A DNA stretch of 64,000 nt. Origin: an uncultured Verrucomicrobiae bacterium. Lineage in GTDB: Bacteria; Verrucomicrobiota; Verrucomicrobiia; Limisphaerales; Palsa-1400. The DNA lies in NCBI GenBank assembly GCA_963707025.1, contig CAVPOM010000015.1:160001-224000 (forward strand), written 5' to 3'. The notes below the pieces were generated by a model. The model was not told the DNA's origin. It saw only the letters and a program-made list of their open reading frames with translations, and searched no databases. This document shows, piece by piece, positions 22,148-31,245 of this stretch (within the stretch, counting starts at the first letter, position 1; every line of letters begins with the position of its first letter). A program made the position numbers and the translations under genes.

Positions 22148-22582
22148 CTAGCTGGCCGGGGCCAGGGTGGCCGGTTGTTGAGCGGCATGCGGATGGGTGC
22201 CGCCTTTATAGACTTTGAGTTTGGTCATGAGGACCCGGCCGAGGCGGTTTTTCGGGACCATGCCCCGCACGGCATGGGTGATGAGTTTCTCCGGGTGGCG
22301 GGCGCGAACCTGGGCGACGGAGGTGTATTTCTCGCCGCCTTTCCAGCCGGAATAAGTCATGAATTCCTTGGCGGTTTCCTTTTTGCCAGTGAGGCGGACT
22401 TTCTCCGCATTGATCACGACGACGAAGTCGCCCGCGTCGAGGTGGGCGGTGTAAACGGGTTTGTTTTTCCCGCGCAGAATGTTGGCCACCTGGGCGGCCA
22501 GGCGGCCCAGGACGGCGCCATTGGCATCAATGACATGCCATTTGCGCTGATCCAAATTAACTTTAGGCAAATACGTTTTCAT
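22148..22582 (-). CDS. rplM: 50S ribosomal protein L13
   Basis: WHVIDA, LGRLA, LRGKNKP, GDFVVVINA, HPHAAQQP. Start at MKTY. Confidence 0.98.
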   Translation of the reverse strand: MKTYLPKVNLDQRKWHVIDANGAVLGRLAAQVANILRGKNKPVYTAHLDAGDFVVVINAEKVRLTGKKETAKEFMTYSGWKGGEKYTSVAQVRARHPEKLITHAVRGMVPKNRLGRVLMTKLKVYKGGTHPHAAQQPATLAPAS

Positions 22583-22607
22583 CCAAATAACCTTCCAAGG
22601 AGCGGTG

Positions 22608-22635
22608 AAACTACCAAAGACCGGCGCGAAGTCAA
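22608..22635 (-). promoter_or_regulatory. sigma70 promoter of the rplM operon
   Basis: Minus strand TTGACT-N16-TAGTTT with an extended -10 TG. Confidence 0.6.
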
Positions 22636-22690
22636 CAGGCAATTTTGGGGAATGCCACGGGCAAGGAGACGGGTTACCCGCCATCGCCCG

Positions 22691-25600
22691 TCAGGCCGGC
22701 AGCGCGGGAGGGGTGGGTTGGGGAGAACGGGCGGGAGCCTGGCCGCGCCGCCGCCAGGAGCGGACTTTGTCGCGGGCGTGTTCGAAGGCCAGATAGACCA
22801 CCGGGGTGGTGTAGAGGGTCAGCACCTGGGAAATGAGCAGGCCGCCCACGACGGAAATGCCCAGGGGCTGGCGAAGTTCGGAGCCGGCGCCCCGGCCCAA
22901 AGCCAGCGGGATGGAGCCACAAAAAGCAGCCAGGGTGGTCATCATGATTGGCCGGAAACGGATCACGCAGGCTTTGTAAATAGCGTCCTCGGGGCGGAGT
23001 TTTTCCTCCCGTTCGGCGACCAGGGCAAAGTCCACCATCATGATGGCGTTTTTCTTGACAATGCCCATGAGCAGAATGATGCCGATGAAGGAGACCAGGG
23101 AAAGGTCCAGGCCGAAGATCATGAGGGCGAGCAGGGCGCCCAGGCCGGCGGAAGGCAGGCTGGAAAGGATGGTCAGGGGATGGATGAGGCTTTCATAGAG
23201 CATGCCCAAAACGATATAGACGGCCAGGAGCGCCGCCGCCAGGAGGATGGGCAGCGAACTGAGGGAGGCCTGGAACACCTGGGCGGTCCCCTGGAAGCTG
23301 CCGGACACGGTGGCGGGCAGGCTCAACTCGCGCGCGGCTTGCCGGATCAGGTCGGTGGCCTGGCCGAGGGAGGTGCCGGGGTCCAGATTGAAGGAGATGG
23401 TGCTGGCGGGAAACTGGCCCTGGTGGTTGACGGAGAGGTAGGTGTTGGTGTCCTGGATTCTCGCCAGCGCGGCCAGCGGGACCATCCTTCCGGTAGCGGA
23501 CTTGACGAAGATTTTTTGCAGGGAATCGGGGCTTTGCAAGTAGGCCGGATCAACCTCGAGAACGACGTGGTGCTGGTTGTAGCGTTTATAGACGATGGAC
23601 ACCTGGCGCTGGCCGAAGGCATCGTAGAGGGTGTTATCAATCGCCTGGGGCGAAATGCCCAGGCGCGCGGCGGCATCGCGGTCCACGATGACGCTGGCTT
23701 GCAAACCGTGGTTTTGCTGGTCGCTGCTGACATCTTTGAGCTGGGGGATTTGTTTGAGTTTGCTGATGAGCAGGGGAGTCCAGTGATTGAGGTCGTCCAG
23801 GCTGGAGGATTGCAAGGCATACACGTACTGGCCCTTGGGCGTGCGTCCGCCCACATTGATGTCCTGGACGGCTCGAAGGTACAAGGTGGCGCCGGGGATG
23901 TGGGAGGTTTTTCTGCGCAGGCGGGCGATGATCTGATCGGCCGAGACTCTCCCCGGCCGCTGGTTGCGCGGTTTGAGGGTGATGAACATGCGCCCATTGT
24001 TGATAGTGCTGCCGCCGGCGGAAGCCCCGATGAAAGAGCCCAAGGTTTCCACCGCCTCGTCGGCCAACACGATCCGCGCCAACTGGTCCTGCAGCCGGGT
24101 CATGGCTTTGAAGGAAATATCCTGGGCGGCGTCGGTGGTGCCCATGATCGAGCCGGTATCCTGCTGGGGAAAGAAGCCCTTGGGAATTTCGGCATAGACA
24201 AAGAGGGTCACGACCAGGGTGATGACCGTGACGGCGAGCATCAACGCCTGGTGGCGCAGCACCCAGCGCAGGCCCCGGTCGTAAACGGCGAAAAGCCGGT
24301 TAAAGGCCCATTCGCTGGCCCGGTAAAAGGGGCCGGGTTTTCCATAAGAGGCCTGCGATTTCAAAAAGCGCGAGCAGAGCATCGGGGTCAACGTCAGGGA
24401 GATGACCCCGGAGACCAGGATGGCCAGGCTCAAGGTGACGGCAAATTCATGGAAGAGACGGCCAATCAACCCGCCCATGAAGAGCAGGGGAATGAAGACG
24501 GCCACCAGCGAAGTGCTCATGGAAACGACGGTGAAACCAATCTGGCGCGCGCCGGTCAGCGCCGAAGCCATGGGCTTTTCCCCGTGCTCCACATGCCGGT
24601 AAATGTTCTCGATCACGACGATGGCGTCATCCACCACAAAGCCGACGGAGATGGTGATGGCCATGAGGGACAGATTATCCAGGCTGTAATGCAGCAGGTA
24701 CATGAAGGCGAAGGTGCCGGAGAGGGCGAGCGGAATGCTGATGCTGGCGATGAAGGTCGGCCAGAAGCGGCGCAAAAACAGAAAAATCACCAGCACCACC
24801 AGGATGACGCTCAAGAACAGGGAAATCTGCACATCATTGACCGAGGTGTGAATGGTAATGGTCCGGTCGGAGGTGATGAGGATCTTCACCGCCGGCGGAA
24901 TCCAAAGTTTAATTTGGGGCAGGACGGTGCGAATGCGGTCCACCGTCTCGATGACGTTGGCATCGGGTTGTTTGAAAACCAGGAGGATGACGGCGGGCTT
25001 GGTGCCGACCCAGCCGGCGATGAGGTCGTTCTCCACCCCATCCACAATGTTGCCCAGGCTGCTCAGGCGGATGGGCACGCCGTTGGATTGGGTGAGGATG
25101 AGCGAGTGATAATCCTTGGCCTCGAAAACTTGGTCGTTGCTGGCCAGGGCATAAAACAAATTGCTGTCTTCCACGCTGCCTTTGGGGGAATCCACATTGA
25201 CTTTGCCGATCAAGGCGCGAACATCCTCCAGGCTCAGGCCGGTGGTGGAGAGTTGGGCGGGGTTGATCTGGACCCGCACGGCTGATTTCTCCGCGCCGGT
25301 GACGATAACCTGGCTGACCCCTTCCACCTGGCTGAGGCGCTGGCCGACAATTTCATCAGCCACTTCAAAGACCTGGGTGGGCAGGAGGCTGTCGGACACC
25401 ATGCCCATGATGAGAATGGGGGCATCGGCTGGATTGACCTTGCGGTAGGTGGGCGGACCGGGGAGGTTCAGGGGCAGTTCACTGGAGGAGGCGTTGATGG
25501 CGGCCTGGACATCGCGGGCCGCGCCGTCCACGGGGCGGTTCAAATCAAATTGCAGGGTGATGCTACAGCCGCCCAGGGTGCTGACGGAGGTCATTTCATT

Positions 25601-25831
25601 GACCCCGGCGATTTGCCCCAGGCGCCGTTCCAGTGGCGCCGCCAGCGAGGAGGCCACCGTGGAGGGGTCGGCTCCGGGCAAGGTGGCGTAAACGGACACC
25701 ACCGGATAATCCACGCGCGGCACGGAGGCGACGGGCAGCGACCGGTAGGCGGTCATGCCCGTGAGAAACAGCCCGATGGCGAGCAGCGACGTGCCGATGG
25801 GGCGGCGGATGAATGGCGCGGAAATGCTCAT
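22691..25831 (-). CDS. mdtC: RND efflux transporter subunit, MdtC-like
   Basis: FIRRPIGT, GFVVDDAIVVIENI, GIVKKNAIMMVDFA, RFRPIMMTT. Confidence 0.88.
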   Translation of the reverse strand: MSISAPFIRRPIGTSLLAIGLFLTGMTAYRSLPVASVPRVDYPVVSVYATLPGADPSTVASSLAAPLERRLGQIAGVNEMTSVSTLGGCSITLQFDLNRPVDGAARDVQAAINASSSELPLNLPGPPTYRKVNPADAPILIMGMVSDSLLPTQVFEVADEIVGQRLSQVEGVSQVIVTGAEKSAVRVQINPAQLSTTGLSLEDVRALIGKVNVDSPKGSVEDSNLFYALASNDQVFEAKDYHSLILTQSNGVPIRLSSLGNIVDGVENDLIAGWVGTKPAVILLVFKQPDANVIETVDRIRTVLPQIKLWIPPAVKILITSDRTITIHTSVNDVQISLFLSVILVVLVIFLFLRRFWPTFIASISIPLALSGTFAFMYLLHYSLDNLSLMAITISVGFVVDDAIVVIENIYRHVEHGEKPMASALTGARQIGFTVVSMSTSLVAVFIPLLFMGGLIGRLFHEFAVTLSLAILVSGVISLTLTPMLCSRFLKSQASYGKPGPFYRASEWAFNRLFAVYDRGLRWVLRHQALMLAVTVITLVVTLFVYAEIPKGFFPQQDTGSIMGTTDAAQDISFKAMTRLQDQLARIVLADEAVETLGSFIGASAGGSTINNGRMFITLKPRNQRPGRVSADQIIARLRRKTSHIPGATLYLRAVQDINVGGRTPKGQYVYALQSSSLDDLNHWTPLLISKLKQIPQLKDVSSDQQNHGLQASVIVDRDAAARLGISPQAIDNTLYDAFGQRQVSIVYKRYNQHHVVLEVDPAYLQSPDSLQKIFVKSATGRMVPLAALARIQDTNTYLSVNHQGQFPASTISFNLDPGTSLGQATDLIRQAARELSLPATVSGSFQGTAQVFQASLSSLPILLAAALLAVYIVLGMLYESLIHPLTILSSLPSAGLGALLALMIFGLDLSLVSFIGIILLMGIVKKNAIMMVDFALVAEREEKLRPEDAIYKACVIRFRPIMMTTLAAFCGSIPLALGRGAGSELRQPLGISVVGGLLISQVLTLYTTPVVYLAFEHARDKVRSWRRRGQAPARSPQPTPPALPA

Positions 25832-26041
25832 GTTACCCAATTAAACATGAGCATCGTACAGGCTCCCGAGGGCGGAGCCAGCGAAAAAGACGGTCCATCA
25901 TGCTGGATTTGGACGGATTCCTCATGCCGGTTGTTCACCTCCTTTGAGAAGACGGGTCTTGACTTTTATGCCCGATTATGCTTTTGTAGCAACTGGAGAT
26001 TAATCCAACAGTTGTCCAGAAAGAAAGGAAAGGTTTTTCAC

Positions 26042-27874
26042 ATGAAAATGATTCGTCTGCCTTCGCGCCTGCGAAACGGCTTTTTTGCAATCTGCCTCCT
26101 CCTGGCCTCAGCCTTCGGCACTTTTGCACAGTCATCCATCAGCAACTCTCTCCCCATCGTCACCATTCAGGCGACGGTTCCCATCGCCACTTGGGCCGGC
26201 CAGGATGGCGTGTTCACGGTCTTTCGCTACGGCAATCCAACCCCGTCGCTTCTGGTCTATTATTGCATCAGCGGCACGGCCTCCAACGGGGTGGATTACC
26301 AGAAGATCGGGAACATCCTGCTGCTCTCCAACGGGGTCATGTCAAATTCCATCGCCATCGAACCCATTAATCTCGGGCAGAGCAACCTTGAGACGGTGAC
26401 CGTGACCCTGTGCCCCTCGCCGCTGATGAATCCGGTGAACTACCTCATTGGCCCTCCGGACCATGCCAGTGCGACCGTTTATATCCTGCCGCCAAACATC
26501 ACCAACGTTCCGCCGGCGGTGAACATCGTCAACCCAACCAACGGCGCGACCTTTTGCGCGCCGGCCAACATCCCGCTGGTGGCAGACGCCAGTGACGTGG
26601 ACGGCACGGTCACGAATGTGGAGTTTTTCGCCGGGACCAATGACCTGGGTCGGGGCCTTATGGTGGTTCTCGACCCGCCAGGCGCCAACGGAGTGACTGG
26701 GCCGGTTTACTTCCTGAACTGGCTCAATGTGGCGGCAAGTAATTATTCGCTGACAGCGGTGGCGACCGACAACGGCGGCGCTTCGACCACATCGGCGGTG
26801 GTGAACATCACCGTCCTGGCGGTTCCGCCCACTAATCTTCCGCCCGTCGTCCGCATCATCAATCCGCCCAATGGCAGCGTCTTCCGCGCCCCGGTCAACA
26901 TTCCCATTTTCGCTTACGCTGCCGATCCCGACGGCTCTGTTAGTTCCGTGGAATTCTTCGCCGGCACCAATAGTCTGGGCCTGGGCCATCAGGTCACCGC
27001 CGTGCCTCCGCCGCTGCCTCCCGGCCCGATCCAGCCGCCCATCCTGATCTATGTTCCAACAAATTATTGGGAACTGGTTTGGAGCAATGCCCCTTTGGAA
27101 ACCAATATCGCCTTGACGGCCCTGGCCACTGATAATGGCGGCGCCACCACCGTTTCCGCGGCGGTGACGATCAGCATTCTGCCCTCGCCCCCGCCGCCCA
27201 GCAACCGGCCGCCCATTGTCACTATCGTCGCCACCGATCCCGTGGCCATCGAAGGCACCAATTTCTGGTTCTGGCCGGGCGAAACCAATACGCCGCCAAC
27301 CTGGGCGGCTTGGCCGGCGGCGACCTGCCGTTTCTTCACCAACTGGGGTCCCAAAGCCGCCACCATGACCGTGCGCCGCTGGGGCGGCACCAATGCCGGC
27401 TTGACGGTGCCCTACGCCATTGGCGGCACGGCCAGCAACGGCGTGGACTACGTCGCCATTCCGGGTGTGGTGACCATTCCGGCGGGGGATCGCAGCGCGG
27501 TGATCACCATCATGCCCATTGACGACGGCCCGCCCGACATCACCAAGACCGTCATCCTCAGCCTGACGCCTTCGACCAACACCCCGCCGGATTATCTGCT
27601 GGGTTTCCCGAGGCGCGCCGCGGCGATTATACTTGACAGCAGCGGCCTTCCTCCCGTGACCGCCCTGCTGCCCGACCGGTGTTTTCACCTGGTCATGCCG
27701 GGGCCGGACGCCGCCTGGTTTAGCCTCGAGTATTCGACCGACCTGGCCAACTGGACGGCCATCTGCACCAACCAGGTGGTCAATGGCTCGATTAATTTCG
27801 TGGATCCTGACACGCTGAGCGACCAGGCCCGATACTATCGCGCCGTCCCGATCACTACTCCGCCGCCTCAATGA
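26042..27874 (+). CDS. Secreted Calx-beta / bacterial Ig-like repeat protein with a conserved C-terminal domain
   Basis: Signal peptide ending SAFGTFA; two GTASNGVDY Calx-beta-like units; two Ig units (NxPPxVxI...DxDGxVxxVEFFAGTN...ATDNGGA); C-terminal LEYSTDLANW...RYYRAVP. Confidence 0.85.
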   Translation: MKMIRLPSRLRNGFFAICLLLASAFGTFAQSSISNSLPIVTIQATVPIATWAGQDGVFTVFRYGNPTPSLLVYYCISGTASNGVDYQKIGNILLLSNGVMSNSIAIEPINLGQSNLETVTVTLCPSPLMNPVNYLIGPPDHASATVYILPPNITNVPPAVNIVNPTNGATFCAPANIPLVADASDVDGTVTNVEFFAGTNDLGRGLMVVLDPPGANGVTGPVYFLNWLNVAASNYSLTAVATDNGGASTTSAVVNITVLAVPPTNLPPVVRIINPPNGSVFRAPVNIPIFAYAADPDGSVSSVEFFAGTNSLGLGHQVTAVPPPLPPGPIQPPILIYVPTNYWELVWSNAPLETNIALTALATDNGGATTVSAAVTISILPSPPPPSNRPPIVTIVATDPVAIEGTNFWFWPGETNTPPTWAAWPAATCRFFTNWGPKAATMTVRRWGGTNAGLTVPYAIGGTASNGVDYVAIPGVVTIPAGDRSAVITIMPIDDGPPDITKTVILSLTPSTNTPPDYLLGFPRRAAAIILDSSGLPPVTALLPDRCFHLVMPGPDAAWFSLEYSTDLANWTAICTNQVVNGSINFVDPDTLSDQARYYRAVPITTPPPQ

Positions 27875-27895
27875 CCGCAGAGCACTGCTGCACAA

Positions 27896-27938
27896 TGGGA
27901 TCGGATTGATCAGTCTGGGATCGGATTGATCGGTCTGG
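27896..27938. repeat. 20-bp direct tandem repeat (2 copies)
   Basis: tgggatcggattgatcagtc / tgggatcggattgatcggtc. Confidence 0.8.
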
Positions 27939-27941
27939 AGC

Positions 27942-28057
27942 GTTTTCAAGAAAACTGTAGCCGCAGCACGCGGTAGATTGGCACTCCGCTGCCCGCCGCG
28001 GCGCGCACGGAGTGCGCGCCCTACCATCCTCATTCACGGCTACACAATTTCTTAAAC
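27942..28057. repeat. Nested GTAG-family REP/BIME-like palindrome between convergent genes
   Basis: Inner GGTAG...GGCGCGCACGGAGTGCGCGCC-CTACC (27972-28025); outer imperfect inverted repeat aagaaaactgtagccg / cggctacacaatttctt. Confidence 0.6.
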
Positions 28058-28061
28058 AGCC

Positions 28062-31000
28062 TCAGCGGGGGACGGCTTCTGCATCCGCGGCGGGTTCGAC
28101 CTCCTCCAGGCCGGCGGCGGCGCGCCAGCCTTTGGCCCAGCGGCTGAGTCTTCCCATGTAAAGGTAGATCACGGGGGTCGTGTAAAGCGTCAGGCATTGG
28201 GAAACGAGCAGGCCGCCAACGATGGCCACGCCCAAGGGACGCCGCAGTTCGGAGCCGTTGCCGTTTTGCAGGGCCAGGGGCAGGGCGCCGAGCAGGGCGG
28301 CCATGGTGGTCATCATGATGGGACGGAAGCGCAGTTTGCAGGCTCGGTAAATGGATTGTTCGGGGGGCAGATGATCCGCCCGCTCGGCGTCCAGGGCGAA
28401 ATCAATCATCATGATGGCGTTTTTCTGGACAATGCCGATGAGGAGGATGATGCCGATGAGGGAGACCAGGGACAGTTCAATATGGAAGAGCATCAACGCC
28501 AGCAAGGCGCCCACCCCGGCGGAGGGAAGGCTGGAAAGAATGGTGATGGGATGAATGTAGCTCTCGTAAAGCACGCCCAAAATAATGTAGATGACGATGA
28601 CGGCCGCCAGAATGAGGAGCGGTTCGGTTTGGAGGGATGACCGAAATTCCGCGGCGCTGCCGGAGAAACTCGTCGCGATGGTTTGGGGCAATTTGATTTC
28701 CTTTTCGACGGCGGCGATGGCCTTGACGGCGGCGTCCAGGGAACTGTCCGCGCCCAGGTTGAAAGAAAGGGTCACGGCGGGGAACTGGCCCTCGTGCAGG
28801 ATGACCAGGGGGGTGCTCCCTGCGGTGACCGAGGCAAACGCGCCCAGGGGAACCATCTGGCCGGTGGTGGATTTGACGAAGATTTTGTCCAGGGCGGCCG
28901 GGTTGAGTTGGAAATTGGGTTCGGCTTCGAGCACGACGCGATATTGGTTGAGTTGGGTGAAGATGATCGAGACTTGGCGCTGGCCGAAGGCGTCGTAAAG
29001 GGTGTCATCAATGGCTTGGGGCAGAATGTTCAACTGGGAAGCCTTGTCCCGGTCCACTTCCACGTTGAGGCCAAAGCCCTTGGATTGTTGATCGCTGGCC
29101 ACGTCGGCCAACTCCGGCCTGGCCGACAGAGCGGCCACCAGCCGGGGCGCCCATTCCCCCAGTTCCTGCTCGTCGGCGTCCTGCAGCGTGTACTGGTATT
29201 GGGTGCGGCTCACCCGGCTGTCTATCTGGACATCCTGCACCGCTTGCATGAACAGGGAAATCCCACGCAGGGGGCGGGTCGCTTCGCGCAGGCGGTCAAT
29301 GACGTTGGCCACCTCCGATGTGCGTTGCTCGCGGGGTTTGAGGCTGATGTAGAGGCGGCCGGAGTTGGCGGTGGGATTGACCGTGCCGGCCCCGACAAAG
29401 GAAGCCACGCTGGCCACGTCCCGATCTTGCGCCACCACTCCGGCCACGCGCCGCTGGCGTTCGACCATGGCCTGGAAGGAAATGGATTGGGAGGCGTCGG
29501 TCACGCCGATGATCATGCCGGTGTCCTGCAAAGGCAGCAGGCCCTTGGGGATGATGACATAAAGCCAGATCGTGCCGATCAGGGTGGCGATGGCGACCAT
29601 GAAGGTGAGCCGGTCGTGCGCCAGCACCCATTTCAGGCCCTGTTCGTAGAGCGCCAGAAATCCCTGGAAAAATCTTTCCGACCAATGCCACAGCCGCCCA
29701 TGACGGCTTTCATTTTCCGGGCGCAGCAGGCGCGAACACATCATCGGCGTCAGCGTCAGGGAGACAATCATGGACACCACCACGGCGGCGCTCATGGTGA
29801 TGGCGAATTCACGAAAAAGCCGCCCCACGATGCCCGACATGAAGATCAGCGGTATGAAAACGCCGATGAGGGAAAGACTCAGGGAGACGACGGTGAAGCC
29901 GATTTGCTTGGCCCCTTTGAGCGCGGCGGTCATGGGCGGATCCCCCGACTCGATGAAACGGACGATGTTCTCGATCATCACTATGGCGTCATCCACCACG
30001 AATCCGGTGGAGATGGTCAGGGCCATGAGGGAAAGATTATCCAGGCTGAAGCCCAGCAGGTACATAAGCCCGAAAGTGCCGACGATGGCCAGCGGCAGGG
30101 CCACGCTGGTGATGACGGTGGCCCAAAGCGTGCGCAAGAACAGGAAGATGACCATCACGACCAGGCCGACGGTGAGGATGAGGGTGAATTGAACGTCCCG
30201 GATGGAGGCGCGGATCATCTCCGTGCGATCGCTGAACACTTTGATATTGATGGAAGGAGGAATGGAGCTGCGCAGCCTGGGCAGCAACGCCTTCACCCGG
30301 TCGGCCGTCTGGATGATGTTGGCCCCGGGCTGGCGCTGGATGTCCACGATCACAGCCGGATTATTGTTGACCCATCCGGCCAGGTGGACGTTTTCCACGT
30401 CGTCCACCACCTCGCCGATGTCCTTCAGGCGCACCGGTGATCCGTTGACCACTTTGACGATGACGTTGCCGAAATCCGCCGCGGAGAAAAGCTGGTCGTT
30501 GGCCCCGATGGCATAGGCCTGTTGGTGGCCGTCGAAACTGCCTTTGGGCAGATTGATGTTGTTCAACATCAGCGCGCTGCGGACGTCTTCCAGTCCCAGG
30601 CCCATGCTGGCCAGGGCGCTGGGATTGACCCGCACACGGACGGCCGGTTTCTGATTGCCTTCGATGGTCACCAGGCCGACTCCGGTCACCTCGCTCAGTT
30701 TTTGGGCCAGGACGGTGTCCGCCAGATCGTTGACTTTGGCCAGGGGGAGTTCCTTGGAAGTGAGTTGGAGGGTGAGGATGGGCGTGTCGGCGGGGTTGAC
30801 TTTGTTAAAGATGGGCGGGTTGGGCATGCCGCTGGGCAGCACCCCGCTGGCCGCGTTGATGGCCGCCTGCACGTCCTGCGCGGCCGAATCTATGTTCCGA
30901 TCCAGGGTGAACTGCAGGGTGATGGTCGTCGTGCCAAACGCGCTGATGGAGGTCATCTGGGACAGGCCGCTGATCTGCCCGAATTGCCGCTCCAACGGCT

Positions 31001-31193
31001 CGGTGACGGACGAGGCCATGACGTCGGGGCTGGCGCCGGGATATTGGGCCACGACCTGGATGGTGGGGAAATCAACCGGGGGCAAGGCGGAAATCGGCAG
31101 CAGTTCATAGCCCAGGAATCCCATCAAGAGCACCCCCGCCATGAGAAGCGACGTGGCGATGGGCCGGCGGATGAATGGCTCGGAGATGCTCAC
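28062..31193 (-). CDS. mdtB: RND efflux transporter subunit, MdtB-like
   Basis: GTG start at VSISEPFIRRPIATSLLM; YPGASPDVMASSVT; GFVVDDAIVMIENI; RFRPIMMTT. Confidence 0.9.
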   Translation of the reverse strand: MSISEPFIRRPIATSLLMAGVLLMGFLGYELLPISALPPVDFPTIQVVAQYPGASPDVMASSVTEPLERQFGQISGLSQMTSISAFGTTTITLQFTLDRNIDSAAQDVQAAINAASGVLPSGMPNPPIFNKVNPADTPILTLQLTSKELPLAKVNDLADTVLAQKLSEVTGVGLVTIEGNQKPAVRVRVNPSALASMGLGLEDVRSALMLNNINLPKGSFDGHQQAYAIGANDQLFSAADFGNVIVKVVNGSPVRLKDIGEVVDDVENVHLAGWVNNNPAVIVDIQRQPGANIIQTADRVKALLPRLRSSIPPSINIKVFSDRTEMIRASIRDVQFTLILTVGLVVMVIFLFLRTLWATVITSVALPLAIVGTFGLMYLLGFSLDNLSLMALTISTGFVVDDAIVMIENIVRFIESGDPPMTAALKGAKQIGFTVVSLSLSLIGVFIPLIFMSGIVGRLFREFAITMSAAVVVSMIVSLTLTPMMCSRLLRPENESRHGRLWHWSERFFQGFLALYEQGLKWVLAHDRLTFMVAIATLIGTIWLYVIIPKGLLPLQDTGMIIGVTDASQSISFQAMVERQRRVAGVVAQDRDVASVASFVGAGTVNPTANSGRLYISLKPREQRTSEVANVIDRLREATRPLRGISLFMQAVQDVQIDSRVSRTQYQYTLQDADEQELGEWAPRLVAALSARPELADVASDQQSKGFGLNVEVDRDKASQLNILPQAIDDTLYDAFGQRQVSIIFTQLNQYRVVLEAEPNFQLNPAALDKIFVKSTTGQMVPLGAFASVTAGSTPLVILHEGQFPAVTLSFNLGADSSLDAAVKAIAAVEKEIKLPQTIATSFSGSAAEFRSSLQTEPLLILAAVIVIYIILGVLYESYIHPITILSSLPSAGVGALLALMLFHIELSLVSLIGIILLIGIVQKNAIMMIDFALDAERADHLPPEQSIYRACKLRFRPIMMTTMAALLGALPLALQNGNGSELRRPLGVAIVGGLLVSQCLTLYTTPVIYLYMGRLSRWAKGWRAAAGLEEVEPAADAEAVPR

Positions 31194-31245
31194 GCTGGAA
31201 AAAATTGTGGATCGGGCATGGCCTGCGGCCGATGGTCCTTTGCGC

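Noticed and set aside
21719..25285. Long antisense ORFs (2-1477, 11229-13325, 21719-25285, 26342-28033, 38723-40573, 41056-42975, 45603-47546, and the upstream part of 32745-34982)
   Set aside because: Shadow frames opposite well-supported genes, expected in high-GC DNA; no recognisable motifs.
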